Shown piece after piece: positions 10,231-20,642 of a stretch of 64,000 bases of DNA. The stretch covers positions 160,001-224,000 of the forward strand of contig JAVLKG010000007.1 of NCBI GenBank assembly GCA_032128875.1. Reading direction: 5' to 3'. How positions within the stretch are numbered: position 1 is the stretch's first letter; every line of letters starts with the position of its first letter. The DNA is from Candidatus Melainabacteria bacterium 17Bon1m. Its GTDB lineage: Bacteria; Cyanobacteriota; Vampirovibrionia; Obscuribacterales; Obscuribacteraceae. Both the position numbers and the translations under genes were made by a program. Under the pieces are notes generated by a model. That model did no database searches. It was not told the origin of the DNA and saw only the letters and a list, made by a program, of their open reading frames with translations.

Positions 10231-12273
10231 ATGAGCAACAAAACTGATAACAAGCCCGAGACGAAGTCGGGCGGTCTCGCTGAAGACGTTCTGCGCCAGG
10301 CTGGCAAGTCCGATGAGGAAGCCGGCAGCATGGGCAAGATCGACCGCGCGGAGGACGAGCTGGAAGCCACGCTCGATCCCAAGTTCCGCACGGAGAACAG
10401 CCCGGTGCACCAGGCCATCTGGAACCGCACCACGCCGGTCAGTCTGTTCAGCGTTCCCAACTCCGCCACCGCCGGCACTTCGCCTGCGCAGGTGGCCATC
10501 GAGAACTGCATCCGCGTCGTGAAGGGTCACATCGCGGCCGGCACTCTCTTCGACGCCAACCGCAAGGTGAGCGATCAGGTCCTCAACGACCTGGCTGCCC
10601 AGGGCTACTGGGGCATGCTCGTCGACAAGAAGTACGGCGGGCAGGGCGCGACCATCACCGACTTCATGAACCTCGTTACCCGCATGGCGGCCGAGGGCGA
10701 AGCGACGACGGCTGGCCTCAACTCCATCCACGAGTGCATCGGCGCCGTCGACCCGGTGGTCGGCTACGGCACCGACGAGCAGAAGGCCCGCTTCCTGCCG
10801 AAGCTGGCTTCCGGCGAGGCTCTCTCGGCGTTCGCTCTGACCGAGCCGGGCGCTGGCTCCGACCTCACCGCGGTGAAGACCACGGCTGACCCGGACGGCG
10901 AAGATTTCGTCGTCAACGGCGAGAAGCTGTTCATCAGCAACGTCGCCCCGGGCCGCACGATCGGCCTCGTCTGCATGATCCCCGTTCTGGACAAGGACGG
11001 CAAGCCGAAGGTCGGCAAGAACGGCGCCATCGAGCGTCGTCACGCCGTCCTCATCGTGGATCTGCCGAAGGAGGAGAACGAGAACTTCAAGCTCGTCAAC
11101 TACCCGATCCATGCGGTGAAGCACATCTACAACCGCGGCATCATCTTCACCAACTTCCGCGTGCCGGCGAAGAACTTGCTGGTGCCGCCGGTCGGTGACG
11201 GTCTGACCATCGCCTACCACGGCCTCAACCGCGGTCGCGTCGCTCTGTGCGCCAACGCCGCCGGCGTGATGCGCCAGCTGCTCGGCAGCATGGTTCCGTG
11301 GTCGCAGTACCGCAAGACCTACGGCGAGCCGATCAAGATGCGCGCGCTGGTGAAGCGCCGCGTCGCTCGCGTGGCGTCGCTCATCGTCGGCGCCGACGCG
11401 CTGCGCGACTGGGGCAGCCACCTGCTCGACGAGGGCTACCGCGGTGAGCTGGAGTGCGTGATCGCCAAGATCTACGCTTCCGAGGCTCTCATCGAGACCA
11501 CCCGTCTGGCTCTGAAGACCCACGGTGGTCGTTCCTTCCTGGGCGGTCACATCATCGGCGACAACCTGCACGACTTCTTCGCTCCCTCGATCTACGAGGG
11601 CGAGAACGAGATGCTGGCCATGGCGTTCTTCAAGTCGCTCATCAAGCAGTTCGGCACCAAGTACATGGGTCCGATGCTCGCCAAGTCGGCCGCGCTCGGC
11701 ATCAATCTCAACCAGTCGCCTGCGAAGGTGACGTTGCAGATGGCCACGCGCCCGGACAAGGCCTTCAAGATGCGGAAGGAAATCCTTTCCGTGGTCGGCC
11801 GCGCCCTCGGCATCGAGACGCGCTTCTCCGACAAGCAGAAGGTCCGCGGTCTGGACGGTCGCCTGCAGGCGCACGTCGACTTCGCTCTCTCGCAGTTCGT
11901 CAAGAACGGCAAGGATCTGTACCGCACCATGCTCACGCACGGCCTGAAGCTTCAGGACGAGCAGGAGCTCATGGTCGACGTCCTGTCGATGCCGATCCAG
12001 CAGGCGGTCACCATCCTCGTGACGGCGCTTCACGCGCACGCCAAGGGTGATGAGGGCACGAAGCTGGCTGCCGACCTGCTGTGCATGGATCTGCGTGCGC
12101 AGATCACCGGCAAGGCTGTGAAGGCCGACGGCAAGACCTACCGCAAGTACATCCGCACGGCCAACAAGCTGGCGGACCTGGTGGTGAAGGGCGAATTCAA
12201 GCAGCTCGAGGGCACGCTCGATACGCCGGTGCTGCGTCAGTACGACGGCAACGGCCGCACGATCGCGCGCTAA
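10231..12273 (+). CDS. Acyl-CoA dehydrogenase family protein with C-terminal extension
   Basis: AFALTEPGAGSD, VNGEKLFISN, LNRGR, KTHGGRSF, SIYEGENEM; SD aaggag. Confidence 0.9.
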   Translation: MSNKTDNKPETKSGGLAEDVLRQAGKSDEEAGSMGKIDRAEDELEATLDPKFRTENSPVHQAIWNRTTPVSLFSVPNSATAGTSPAQVAIENCIRVVKGHIAAGTLFDANRKVSDQVLNDLAAQGYWGMLVDKKYGGQGATITDFMNLVTRMAAEGEATTAGLNSIHECIGAVDPVVGYGTDEQKARFLPKLASGEALSAFALTEPGAGSDLTAVKTTADPDGEDFVVNGEKLFISNVAPGRTIGLVCMIPVLDKDGKPKVGKNGAIERRHAVLIVDLPKEENENFKLVNYPIHAVKHIYNRGIIFTNFRVPAKNLLVPPVGDGLTIAYHGLNRGRVALCANAAGVMRQLLGSMVPWSQYRKTYGEPIKMRALVKRRVARVASLIVGADALRDWGSHLLDEGYRGELECVIAKIYASEALIETTRLALKTHGGRSFLGGHIIGDNLHDFFAPSIYEGENEMLAMAFFKSLIKQFGTKYMGPMLAKSAALGINLNQSPAKVTLQMATRPDKAFKMRKEILSVVGRALGIETRFSDKQKVRGLDGRLQAHVDFALSQFVKNGKDLYRTMLTHGLKLQDEQELMVDVLSMPIQQAVTILVTALHAHAKGDEGTKLAADLLCMDLRAQITGKAVKADGKTYRKYIRTANKLADLVVKGEFKQLEGTLDTPVLRQYDGNGRTIAR

Positions 12274-12457
12274 GTGAAAGGGCGGTGCTCTGCATCGCCC
12301 TCATAAATCAAGGCGCCGCCGAGCGTCTTAGATAGACCTGGAACGTCAGCTCCGAGGGGAGTTCGCATCTTCTAGATGGAGATGCGAGCCCCTTGGGGTT
12401 TGGCTAATACGGATATCTAACGGTCGGGGGTTGCTCAAAGTTCTGTGGAAATTCTTC

Positions 12458-12511
12458 GTAGGGGAGCCGCACGCGGCTCCCTGTTCAGGGTTGCGCATGC
12501 GCAACCCCTAC
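12458..12511. repeat. REP-like double-hairpin element
   Basis: gtag-gggagccgcacgcggctccc-tgttcaggg-ttgcgcatgcgcaacccc-tac. Confidence 0.7.
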
Positions 12512-12848
12512 AGGCTTTTTTACAGGGTTTTGAGCAGCCCCCGGCTGACTCGGTTTTCTCCAGTCGAGAAACGCGCTTTATGTGGTGACACTACATATGG
12601 TGCGGTCTTCGATTGACGAAAGTCGCAGTTTTGCTGCGACGAAATGTTGAAGCACTGCAACTAAAGCGGTGTTTCGCATAGTCCGATACGGGTATTGCGC
12701 AGTGTTAGCTGCGCCGACCCACTTTCGTACTGCTCCGAATATGGCGCAAGTTGATGGTTCTGCATGGGGACAGGCGGCACGTTGTCGCCCTGTATGTGCG
12801 GAGCTCAGCGACTCGGGCGCCTTCGACCAACAATAGGAGCCCAACAAA

Positions 12849-14975
12849 ATGAAGTCTAAGCAAATCAGACTTGATCTCAAGCCACGTGGACACCGGCACA
12901 CGCACATGCATGTCCCATCCGGGGACTGCTGCCGCAACCACATGGTCGTTGTTCCGGGCACTGGTGACGAGAACTTCAAGTTCCCGCCCGTGCAGGAACT
13001 CGTCATTCGCGCTCTCAATCGGCTGTCCAAGCCGGTCGAGATCGAGGAAACGGATGACTCCCAAAACCCTACCGAGGGGAGCGACGGCACCGTTGATAGC
13101 GGCGAGAAAGCACGCGCGAGTGTGCATACTTCTGAGAAGAAGCTCACCGTTGTAACGCACGACGGCCGGCGCTCCCTTCCCAAAGTCCGCAAGGTGACGG
13201 TCAAGTACGAGCACACGTTCGTGCCTGGCATGCCCACCGAAGGCGCGGTTCCCGTGCCGCTTCTGCCCCGTCCCATCGACTCGGGCAAGGCGAACGGCGC
13301 CACGCTGTTCACCGCCGCGCAGGCGCTGCGCGAAATCATGGATGAGGGGCGTTTCGACGCCATCATCGCCGACCGTTTCGACCCTCTGTCCGGTGCCGTC
13401 AACTGGGCGCGCCTGCACATGGAAGAGCGGTTCCAGCCCGCCATCGAAAGCCTGAACGGTCAGCTTCTGCAGCTGCGCGTTCTCTATAAGGATGCGCTGC
13501 CGCGCGTTCTTACGGTGATCGCCGCGCAGAACCCCGACGTTGCCGAGCAGATGCTTCTGCAGGTCGCCGTCCAGGTGCTCGACGAAGAGCTGGCGCAAAT
13601 CCTCACTGTCCTGCGTATCTGGACCGATGCTTTCGCTCAGCATCGCGACCAGATGTACGAGCAGCTCGGCGCTGTTCGTCAGCTCGTCGAGGAGAGCTAC
13701 CAGCTCTTCCGCGGTGAAGCTCTGGATGGTGACGCTCACGGCAAGAAGGCGAACGTCCACACGACTGTCTTCCAGGTCGGCAACGTCTTCGTGGCGCGCT
13801 TCGGTCATCTCGGCCCGGCTACTCTGCCCGCCAAGGGTCCGATTGGCGCACATGCCATCGAAGTGCCGATGGATGAGCGCAACATCATCACGCTGATGCT
13901 GCCCCTCTACGCTCACGAGTTCCGTCACGACGTGTTCCACGACGTGGTCGGTCTCGAGGACGACGTGCGCGAAGCGGTGGCGAAAGCCATCGTGGAAGCC
14001 TACGAGAAGGGCGAGCTGAAGTTCTCTCAGGAGTTCATCAAGCTCGGGCGTCAGAAGGTGAAGACGATCGACCTTATGGTCAAGATGATCGCCGACACCA
14101 CGCCTGAAATCGACGCGGACATCTCCGGTGGCGTTCTGCTCACCGGCGTCGCGTTCCTCTATCTCGTCATTCTCAGCTTCTCGGCGTTCAACGCCAAGGG
14201 GCGCACGGTGGAAAGCACGCCGCGTCTGCTGCGCAGCGCTTCTTACTTCGAGCTGGTGCCGGATGAGAAGACGGGGGCTGTCGCGCTCGAATTCTTCCCG
14301 CACCCGCCGGATTACATCCGCGCGCACATCGTTGCTGCCGCGCTCGACGAAATCGGCTTCAAGGCCGAGGGCGACGAGTGCCGCACGCTTGCCGACATCG
14401 CCGCCGGCGATCCGCTTCCTAAGCTGATCAAGTGGTTCGATGCTTCCGGCAAGAGCAAGCTCGTCATCGAGATTCCGGTGGACGACATCAAGGCCGTCGC
14501 TCCGGTGATCGCCAAGGCGCTCATTCGCACGCCGCTGAAGTCCCTGGGTGATGTTGCCACCGGCGACATCCTCAACTGGGACCGCAAGCGTCAGGCGAAG
14601 GTGGACAAGCTGGCCGAAATCCTCATGCAGGGTCGGTCGGACATCCCCGCCGAGCTCGGCGATGTCTATGCGACGTACGTCGCCGCTGCCGCCGCCCTGG
14701 CTTACTGGGGTTCGGTCGGTGCCGGTCGGCGTGCCAAGCTGCACGCGGTGCCGATGATCGAGAAGAACGCGCTGGCCATGCTCAATACCATCCGCGAACG
14801 GCGCAATCAGGCGCCTGTCGTCGCGGACGCCGGTAGCAAGCATGTTTCCTGCGTGCACAGCTCGCACGACGATGACGGTGGCGAGGTGAACACTCTTCAC
14901 AAGCCCGCCGCCAATCCGGCTGCTGACGGTGCTGCCGACGGCAAGCCTGAGGGTGAAGAGGCTCCCGAGGCGTAA
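12849..14975 (+). CDS. Uncharacterised 708-aa protein with a zincin (HExxH) motif
   Basis: SD aggag; LYAHEFRHDVFHD, PEIDADISG, PHPPDYIRA; strong coding-type GC3 bias. Confidence 0.75.
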   Translation: MKSKQIRLDLKPRGHRHTHMHVPSGDCCRNHMVVVPGTGDENFKFPPVQELVIRALNRLSKPVEIEETDDSQNPTEGSDGTVDSGEKARASVHTSEKKLTVVTHDGRRSLPKVRKVTVKYEHTFVPGMPTEGAVPVPLLPRPIDSGKANGATLFTAAQALREIMDEGRFDAIIADRFDPLSGAVNWARLHMEERFQPAIESLNGQLLQLRVLYKDALPRVLTVIAAQNPDVAEQMLLQVAVQVLDEELAQILTVLRIWTDAFAQHRDQMYEQLGAVRQLVEESYQLFRGEALDGDAHGKKANVHTTVFQVGNVFVARFGHLGPATLPAKGPIGAHAIEVPMDERNIITLMLPLYAHEFRHDVFHDVVGLEDDVREAVAKAIVEAYEKGELKFSQEFIKLGRQKVKTIDLMVKMIADTTPEIDADISGGVLLTGVAFLYLVILSFSAFNAKGRTVESTPRLLRSASYFELVPDEKTGAVALEFFPHPPDYIRAHIVAAALDEIGFKAEGDECRTLADIAAGDPLPKLIKWFDASGKSKLVIEIPVDDIKAVAPVIAKALIRTPLKSLGDVATGDILNWDRKRQAKVDKLAEILMQGRSDIPAELGDVYATYVAAAAALAYWGSVGAGRRAKLHAVPMIEKNALAMLNTIRERRNQAPVVADAGSKHVSCVHSSHDDDGGEVNTLHKPAANPAADGAADGKPEGEEAPEA

Positions 14976-15308
14976 GGCTGAGGCGTAAGCCGTAAGCCCG
15001 AGCGGGAGCAAATCTGCATGCAGAGGCGCTGCAAGGCGCTTTTGCGAAACTCGAGAGGGGTGGCTGCGTTGTCGAAACCTTGTAAGAGGTGAAAGCTGCG
15101 CAGTCGCCCTTTCTCTTTCGAGCGCGCTCAAAAACGCTTGAGAGCGCTCAAGCAGTTAGTTACCGAGGAGCGTCAAAAACGCGACTCATCTCTTTCCAGT
15201 CCCAGCAGCAGCGAACGCCGATCAAAAGGATCTGCGAATAGCTCCTGCACTTGCTAGAAAAGGAGAATGCACTGCCGGTGGTGACAACTGCCAGCAGTGT
15301 TTACTGAC

Positions 15309-16682
15309 ATGGAACATGAAAATAAAACTGGTTGGTTCAGCCGCAAGACGGTTGTGATCGCCCTGATTCTCGTTGCCGGCGCCGTGCTTTTCGGAGTTCT
15401 GCGCAGCACGCCCGAGCCGATCACCTCGCCCTTCCCTCAGAAAGGTCAGGTGCACATCGCGCTCAAGCCTTCGAAAGCCAACGAGGATATCCGCTATACC
15501 ACGTTCTGGCCGGACGGCAAGACGAAGATGAATGAGCGCGTCGAACTCAAGAACGGCGTCACCATTTATCGCACGTTCTCTCACCAGGGCTATATGCGCG
15601 AGGTGAAGGAGTTCTTCCCCGTTCCTGCCAAGCCTGGCGACAAGCCTGCGCTCAATGAGGACGGCTCGCTCAAGTTTCCCTCCTCGCAGCCGTACGAGTT
15701 CAACACCGCAGGCCGCCAGCTCAAGTCGTTCATCACCTTCTCTGCCGACGGCAAAGAAGTAACGTCGACCGAGACGTACCGTCCCGACGGCACGCATGAA
15801 GTTGTAGGAAAGAGGCTTCCCGACGGGAGCTTCCAGAATCTCGTCTTTCACAAAGACGGGCTGACTCTTAGCTTCAGCCAACTTTTTGCGCGCAATGGGG
15901 ACTTGCTCTCAGAGCAGCAATTCGCTGAAGGCGGCGCTCGTCTGATCGCTACCTCACAGCGTGAAGCCGACGGTTTCCTGCACAGCAAGAGCTTCCGTGA
16001 AGACGGGACGCTCCTGTCGGTGGGAATCATCAAGCCGTACGAGCAAGTGATCGAGTTCTTCCAAGCCGATGGCGTGACGCGGCGCATGGTGGTCAACAAC
16101 ACCGCCAACAGCGTCACGGCAGTCTACTTCCGCGAAGACGGAGAGGCAGTCAGCAAGCGCGAATGGTCGAGCGGCAGCATGTCTGTCACCGACCTCGTGC
16201 CCGGCACCGGTCACTTTGGTCCCGGCGGTGTGGTCGAACAGGCCTACACTACCGGCAGCAAGGCTACGTACAAGGTGATTCCCGCGGACAGCGCCACCGG
16301 CAAGCCCGAGAGCTATGTGCTCAGCGGTCTTGAGGTGGTCGGTGCTGACGGCAAGGTCCATCGCAAGTTCTTCTTCGATGGCACCACGGGCACCGTCAAC
16401 CGCGTGTACATGTACAACGACGGCGTCAACACGCACGACCGCATGTACAACCCCGACGGCACGCTGAAGGAAGTGGGTTGGGTTGGCTCGGACGAGAAGT
16501 CCAAGGAGTACAACGCAGCTCATGCCAAAGATGCCGACCGTCAGCCGGGCGTGAAGATGCCTGCTGATGACGTCGCTCTCCTGAAGCGCTACGCGCAGGA
16601 CAAGCCGTTCGATGACCCGCGCCCGCTTCTCACGAAAGTGGAAGCGCAGCCGTATCAGTACAGCGGCGAAGACATGCACTGA
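15309..16682 (+). CDS. Membrane-anchored MORN-variant/YwqK-like repeat protein (paralog 1)
   Basis: N-terminal hydrophobic helix, then repeated (Y/F)xxDG units (FWPDG, YRPDG, FHKDG, FREDG, FQADG, YNPDG). Confidence 0.75.
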   Translation: MEHENKTGWFSRKTVVIALILVAGAVLFGVLRSTPEPITSPFPQKGQVHIALKPSKANEDIRYTTFWPDGKTKMNERVELKNGVTIYRTFSHQGYMREVKEFFPVPAKPGDKPALNEDGSLKFPSSQPYEFNTAGRQLKSFITFSADGKEVTSTETYRPDGTHEVVGKRLPDGSFQNLVFHKDGLTLSFSQLFARNGDLLSEQQFAEGGARLIATSQREADGFLHSKSFREDGTLLSVGIIKPYEQVIEFFQADGVTRRMVVNNTANSVTAVYFREDGEAVSKREWSSGSMSVTDLVPGTGHFGPGGVVEQAYTTGSKATYKVIPADSATGKPESYVLSGLEVVGADGKVHRKFFFDGTTGTVNRVYMYNDGVNTHDRMYNPDGTLKEVGWVGSDEKSKEYNAAHAKDADRQPGVKMPADDVALLKRYAQDKPFDDPRPLLTKVEAQPYQYSGEDMH

Positions 16683-16767
16683 TTCTTCGAGGCTCCGGCT
16701 CCAATGCAAGTTGGTTGGCGCGGACTTCGGAGAACCGGACGAAACCACAGGTGTTCTTAGCACCCAT

Positions 16768-16795
16768 GTAGGGGCGGCAATTATGCCGTCCCTAC
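16768..16795. repeat. REP-like single hairpin
   Basis: gtaggggcggcaattatgccgtccctac. Confidence 0.6.
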
Positions 16796-16903
16796 GTGGT
16801 TTTTGTCCTTTTTAGGGAGATTTGCTGCGCAGATTTCCCGTTTGCTGCCCGCGACTACCCAACACCGGACGTCCAAGGTGGACGCCCGACCTGGAGTTAT
16901 CCA

Positions 16904-18136
16904 ATGAAACGAATTCTGACGATACTGGGTGTGTTGGTCGCGGTTTTCGCGATCGGCACATTCGTGTATACCAGCCTGCCACAGGACTGGTCAGTGCCTT
17001 TCCCGGGCAAGACGGCAGTGCGCGTACATGCGCCGCCGGCGTCGACCCAGGAAGACATTCGCTACATCACGTATCCGGACAAGGACTCGAGAATTCCCAT
17101 TGAGGAACAGATCGAGTACAAGAACGGCGTGACCGGCTACATCTTCTATCGCCCCAATGGCACCATCCGTGAAACCACGGAATACTGGCCTGCCGTCGAG
17201 GGCTTCGCCCAGCGCCAGCTGAAAAGCGGCTCGCTGCGCACTGAAGATGGCGCCAACTTCTTGTCCGACCGCACCTTCCGTAAGGATGGCACGCGCGAGC
17301 GTGAAGGCAAGCGCCTGCGGGACGGCACGTATCAGATCGACATGTACTTCGCCGACGGTACCAAACTCGAGCGCCATCAGCTGGTTTCTGCAACCGGCAA
17401 ACCGCTGCTCGAGCAGGTTTATCGCGAAGATGGTTCGATGAAGAGCTTCACGCAGGTGGATTCCACCGGCAAGATGATCATCACGACCTACTTCGCCGAC
17501 GGCAAGACCGAGTCGCAAATCGTTGTTTCCCCCAACTACTGGGAGAACACCACAGCGACCTACTACTACCCGGACGGTGTCAGTATCGCCCGCAAAGTGG
17601 AATGGTCGACCTACTCCATCAATGCCGACTACTATCGGCAGGATGGCACCAAGCGTCTGTCGTATGGAGAGACCATCTACTCCTCCGGCAGCATGGTTTG
17701 GGTGCAGTACGATGCCAAAGGCAAGCCTGTTCTGAAGCAGAGCTATCGCGTCGAGACGAAGGTAGATAGCGCGACCGGCAAGTCCGTTCGCACTTATCTT
17801 CTGCGCTCGGTGGAAGAGCTCGATGGCGCAGGCAAGACCAAGCGCGAAATCACTTTCGCGGGCGACGGCACTACGCCCAACGGTGTGTGGATTCCCAAGC
17901 CACCCGGCAGTTACTGGAGCGGCACTCGCAAGACCTTCTACCCCGATGGTTCGGTTGCGAAGGTGGAAGAGAAGAACAACGACGGCGACGTCGTGAGCAC
18001 GAAGACGTACGCGCCGACGGACAATGTTCGCGAGAACTTCCCCGGCTCGTATCTCGTGCGCCCTGTCGAAGACCCGATTCCGGCTCCGCCGAAGAAGACG
18101 GCGACACCGCCTCCCTATTACTACGGCTATCCTTAA
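16904..18136 (+). CDS. Membrane-anchored MORN-variant/YwqK-like repeat protein (paralog 2)
   Basis: ATG behind SD ggag; TM helix; shares PFPxK, EDIRY, KNGVT, RQLKS and GKRLxDG with paralog 1; many YxxDG units. Confidence 0.78.
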   Translation: MKRILTILGVLVAVFAIGTFVYTSLPQDWSVPFPGKTAVRVHAPPASTQEDIRYITYPDKDSRIPIEEQIEYKNGVTGYIFYRPNGTIRETTEYWPAVEGFAQRQLKSGSLRTEDGANFLSDRTFRKDGTREREGKRLRDGTYQIDMYFADGTKLERHQLVSATGKPLLEQVYREDGSMKSFTQVDSTGKMIITTYFADGKTESQIVVSPNYWENTTATYYYPDGVSIARKVEWSTYSINADYYRQDGTKRLSYGETIYSSGSMVWVQYDAKGKPVLKQSYRVETKVDSATGKSVRTYLLRSVEELDGAGKTKREITFAGDGTTPNGVWIPKPPGSYWSGTRKTFYPDGSVAKVEEKNNDGDVVSTKTYAPTDNVRENFPGSYLVRPVEDPIPAPPKKTATPPPYYYGYP

Positions 18137-18414
18137 TCGGCAGCCGTAAGGGAGTGCTTTGTGGTTGCGCATCACAGGCGCCCGCACAAATTCTGGTCGC
18201 AGCTCGCGACCACTAAGACGAGCGTGCAGTTGCAAATTGACACGCTCTTTTGAAAGCCCGCTCGGCAGTTGGAGTGGGTTCGTGGCAGTTTTTGTGAAAC
18301 GCGTCCGCGCGTTTTGCGATGCTATCATGGGCTCACTTCGGCTGCCGGGCGGCGTCTTTCTTGGAGGCTGACTTCCGGTGCGATGCCTTTGTGGCCGCTG
18401 GGAGCAGTAAGTTG

Positions 18415-19557
18415 ATGAACAAGAAATCGTTGAAGCGCACTCTGGTTGCCACTGGCATCACTGGAACGCTTTTTCTTTTTGCCTTTAACTCGTCGGCTCT
18501 CATCACGTTAGCTATCACTGGTCTCGACTACCTGCGCGGCAAGACGAGCACAGTGGCACCGCCTAACGTCAACCAGACCGGCAGCGTCGTTCTCAATGTG
18601 TTCGACGGAAACCGCCGCCTGGTGCCGCCCGGGACCAAGCTTCTCGTGCGCATTATCGACGGCAATCAGAAGTTTGTCGTTGATCGTTATTACGATGGTC
18701 CATCGATTCGTTTTGATGGGCTGCCGTTTCACGACAATTTCGGCGACAACTACACCATCATCGTCTGGACCGATGGCTACAAGCAGGCTGGCTTCACGCC
18801 GGTCAAAATCAGCAACAAGCCGGAGGAAACTCCGACTCTCGACTTGATGCTTCTGCCTTCAAAGTACTCAGTCGATTTCAGCGAAGCGTCTTTCGCCGTG
18901 CTCAAGGCAGCCAACTCACCTATCTATTTCCTGCTCTTGTCGGGAGATACGGAAGCGTTTGCCGAGGCGCGTTGGAACGCTTTGATGAAGAACGACCCGC
19001 TCACCGCCCTCTGCATTCTCAACATCAGCACCGCTCTTTCCGAGTCCAAGCTCGCCTCAGGTAGCCCGCTGCTTCCTTTTGTGCGCCGCATCACCTTTGA
19101 TGCGAAGAGCCCGGACAAGCCAACCAAGAGTCACTTCTTCGGCTACGCCGACAAGCGTCTCAAGGAAGAGTTGGACGGTGAGGTGAAACGCGGAACATGG
19201 CACGCTGACCCGGGATCATTCGTCTTTCACCCCGGCTCGACATCGAGCTTCCGTGAGAGGCGGTACGGCGAAGCGAACATGCAGGTGACCTTTTACGAAA
19301 ACGATATCGTCACGATTGACGGCGTCGTTTGCGTCAAGGTCGAGATTGATATCGACTACTACCGTGACCCCGCAGCGCATGCCATTCTCGAGGTGCTTCC
19401 GCATCTCCTTACTGGTGGCGCGTCGGATCCCCTTACGGTATATCAGCTGCGATGGATTGCTGGAAGGCGCACGGGCAGTGACTTTGCTCCGCCGTACCGG
19501 ATACTTCCTCAGCAGCGCAAGCCTGCCAAAAAGAACACACGCGTTGTTCGTCCTTGA
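18415..19557 (+). CDS. Hypothetical exported or anchored protein with a probable N-terminal beta-sandwich domain
   Basis: Basic-then-hydrophobic N-terminus; VVLNVFDG...DNYTIIVWTDGYKQ resembles a carboxypeptidase-regulatory-like domain. Confidence 0.65.
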   Translation: MNKKSLKRTLVATGITGTLFLFAFNSSALITLAITGLDYLRGKTSTVAPPNVNQTGSVVLNVFDGNRRLVPPGTKLLVRIIDGNQKFVVDRYYDGPSIRFDGLPFHDNFGDNYTIIVWTDGYKQAGFTPVKISNKPEETPTLDLMLLPSKYSVDFSEASFAVLKAANSPIYFLLLSGDTEAFAEARWNALMKNDPLTALCILNISTALSESKLASGSPLLPFVRRITFDAKSPDKPTKSHFFGYADKRLKEELDGEVKRGTWHADPGSFVFHPGSTSSFRERRYGEANMQVTFYENDIVTIDGVVCVKVEIDIDYYRDPAAHAILEVLPHLLTGGASDPLTVYQLRWIAGRRTGSDFAPPYRILPQQRKPAKKNTRVVRP

Positions 19558-19729
19558 AGTTTCAGGCTAGTCTCTGAATCTTTGAGCTGCGTTCGAAGTG
19601 AATGTGTCCTGAACTGCGGCCGAGGCGGATCAGTCGTTGTGCATTGTGCACGACGTTTTTGGCGCTGATGGGAGTGTGCGTGTTTTCTCTTCGCGCATTC
19701 CCAGCCTATAAACTGGGGAGTTAAATCCC

Positions 19730-20038
19730 ATGGAAAAGAAGCGTTTCAACAGCTTCTCAGAGTTCTATCCTTTCTACCTCAGCGAACACCAGGACCGAGT
19801 CAATCGGCGCCTGCACTTCGTTGGCAGCACGCTGGTGATTGGTCTGGTGCTTTTCGCACTGGTCACTCAGCAGTGGCTGTGGCTTGCGGCTGTTCCTCTG
19901 GCGGGCTATGGCTTCGCCTGGTTCGGTCACTTCTTCTTCGAGAAGAACAAGCCTGCAACCTTCAATCACCCGCTGTACAGCCTCATGGGCGACTGGGTGA
20001 TGTACAAGGACATCCTCACGGGCAAGGTCAAGCTCTAG
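19730..20038 (+). CDS. DUF962 / Mpo1-like membrane protein
   Basis: FYPFYLSEH, NRRLHFVG, GYGFAWFGHFFFEKNKPATF, PLYSLMGDW; SD ggggag. Confidence 0.9.
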   Translation: MEKKRFNSFSEFYPFYLSEHQDRVNRRLHFVGSTLVIGLVLFALVTQQWLWLAAVPLAGYGFAWFGHFFFEKNKPATFNHPLYSLMGDWVMYKDILTGKVKL

Positions 20039-20220
20039 TCGAGCAGCCTATTCCCGGATAACAAGGCGCTGGTAGAAACGTCTTGTTGTCGCGCAGGCGC
20101 GTGTGCGTTTGCTTGAGGAACGTGTCAGAGGTGGGTGCCTATGGTTCGGTATCCACCTCTTGCACATCATCAGCGGAGCGCCTCACCGCGCTCCAGTCCC
20201 AACGTTTTTAAGGACACTTG

Positions 20221-20544
20221 ATGGAAACCGCAAAAAATTCCGCCGCGGCCCCCGGTCGCAAGATCTTCTATCTGCCCAAGCGCGCCAATCAGGGCGGCTG
20301 GGAGAAGCTCATCGAGCTTGGCGCCGTGCAAACCGGCGAAGGCGATTACAACTTCCACAGGCTGGAAGTGCCGCAATCCTGGGACTTGCGTCCGAGCGAC
20401 GTCAGCCCCTTCCAGAAGCGTCTGTACGACGCCGAAGGTGACGCAGGCAAAATCATCGCCAAGGTCTTCTACAAGCCCGGCAGTGCCGGCGGTGGAGGGT
20501 CGCTGCACGTCTTCCTGACGGAAGACGATCCGCAGCGCGACTGA
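20221..20544 (+). CDS. Hypothetical protein
   Basis: SD agga; coding-type codon bias; 107 aa. Confidence 0.7.
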   Translation: METAKNSAAAPGRKIFYLPKRANQGGWEKLIELGAVQTGEGDYNFHRLEVPQSWDLRPSDVSPFQKRLYDAEGDAGKIIAKVFYKPGSAGGGGSLHVFLTEDDPQRD

Positions 20545-20642
20545 ACCAAAGAGCCGCGTCTGGTCATTGGGGAGAACGGGTCCGCCCGTTCTCTTCTTTG
20601 ACTTGCGCATACTGCAAATCACCCAATAGAGGAAGTTTATCG

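Noticed and set aside
5447-15131. Very long antisense ORFs (e.g. 5447-7837 +, 10186-12039 -, 12705-15131 -; also 16991-18328 -, 34836-36005 -)
   Set aside because: They mirror real genes with extreme GC3 bias, which removes antisense stops. They show no motifs or SD sequences.
20221-20544. Faint resemblance to small phage proteins (LYD..G...A.VFYK)
   Set aside because: A memory-level similarity only, and there are no other phage genes nearby, so no prophage call.
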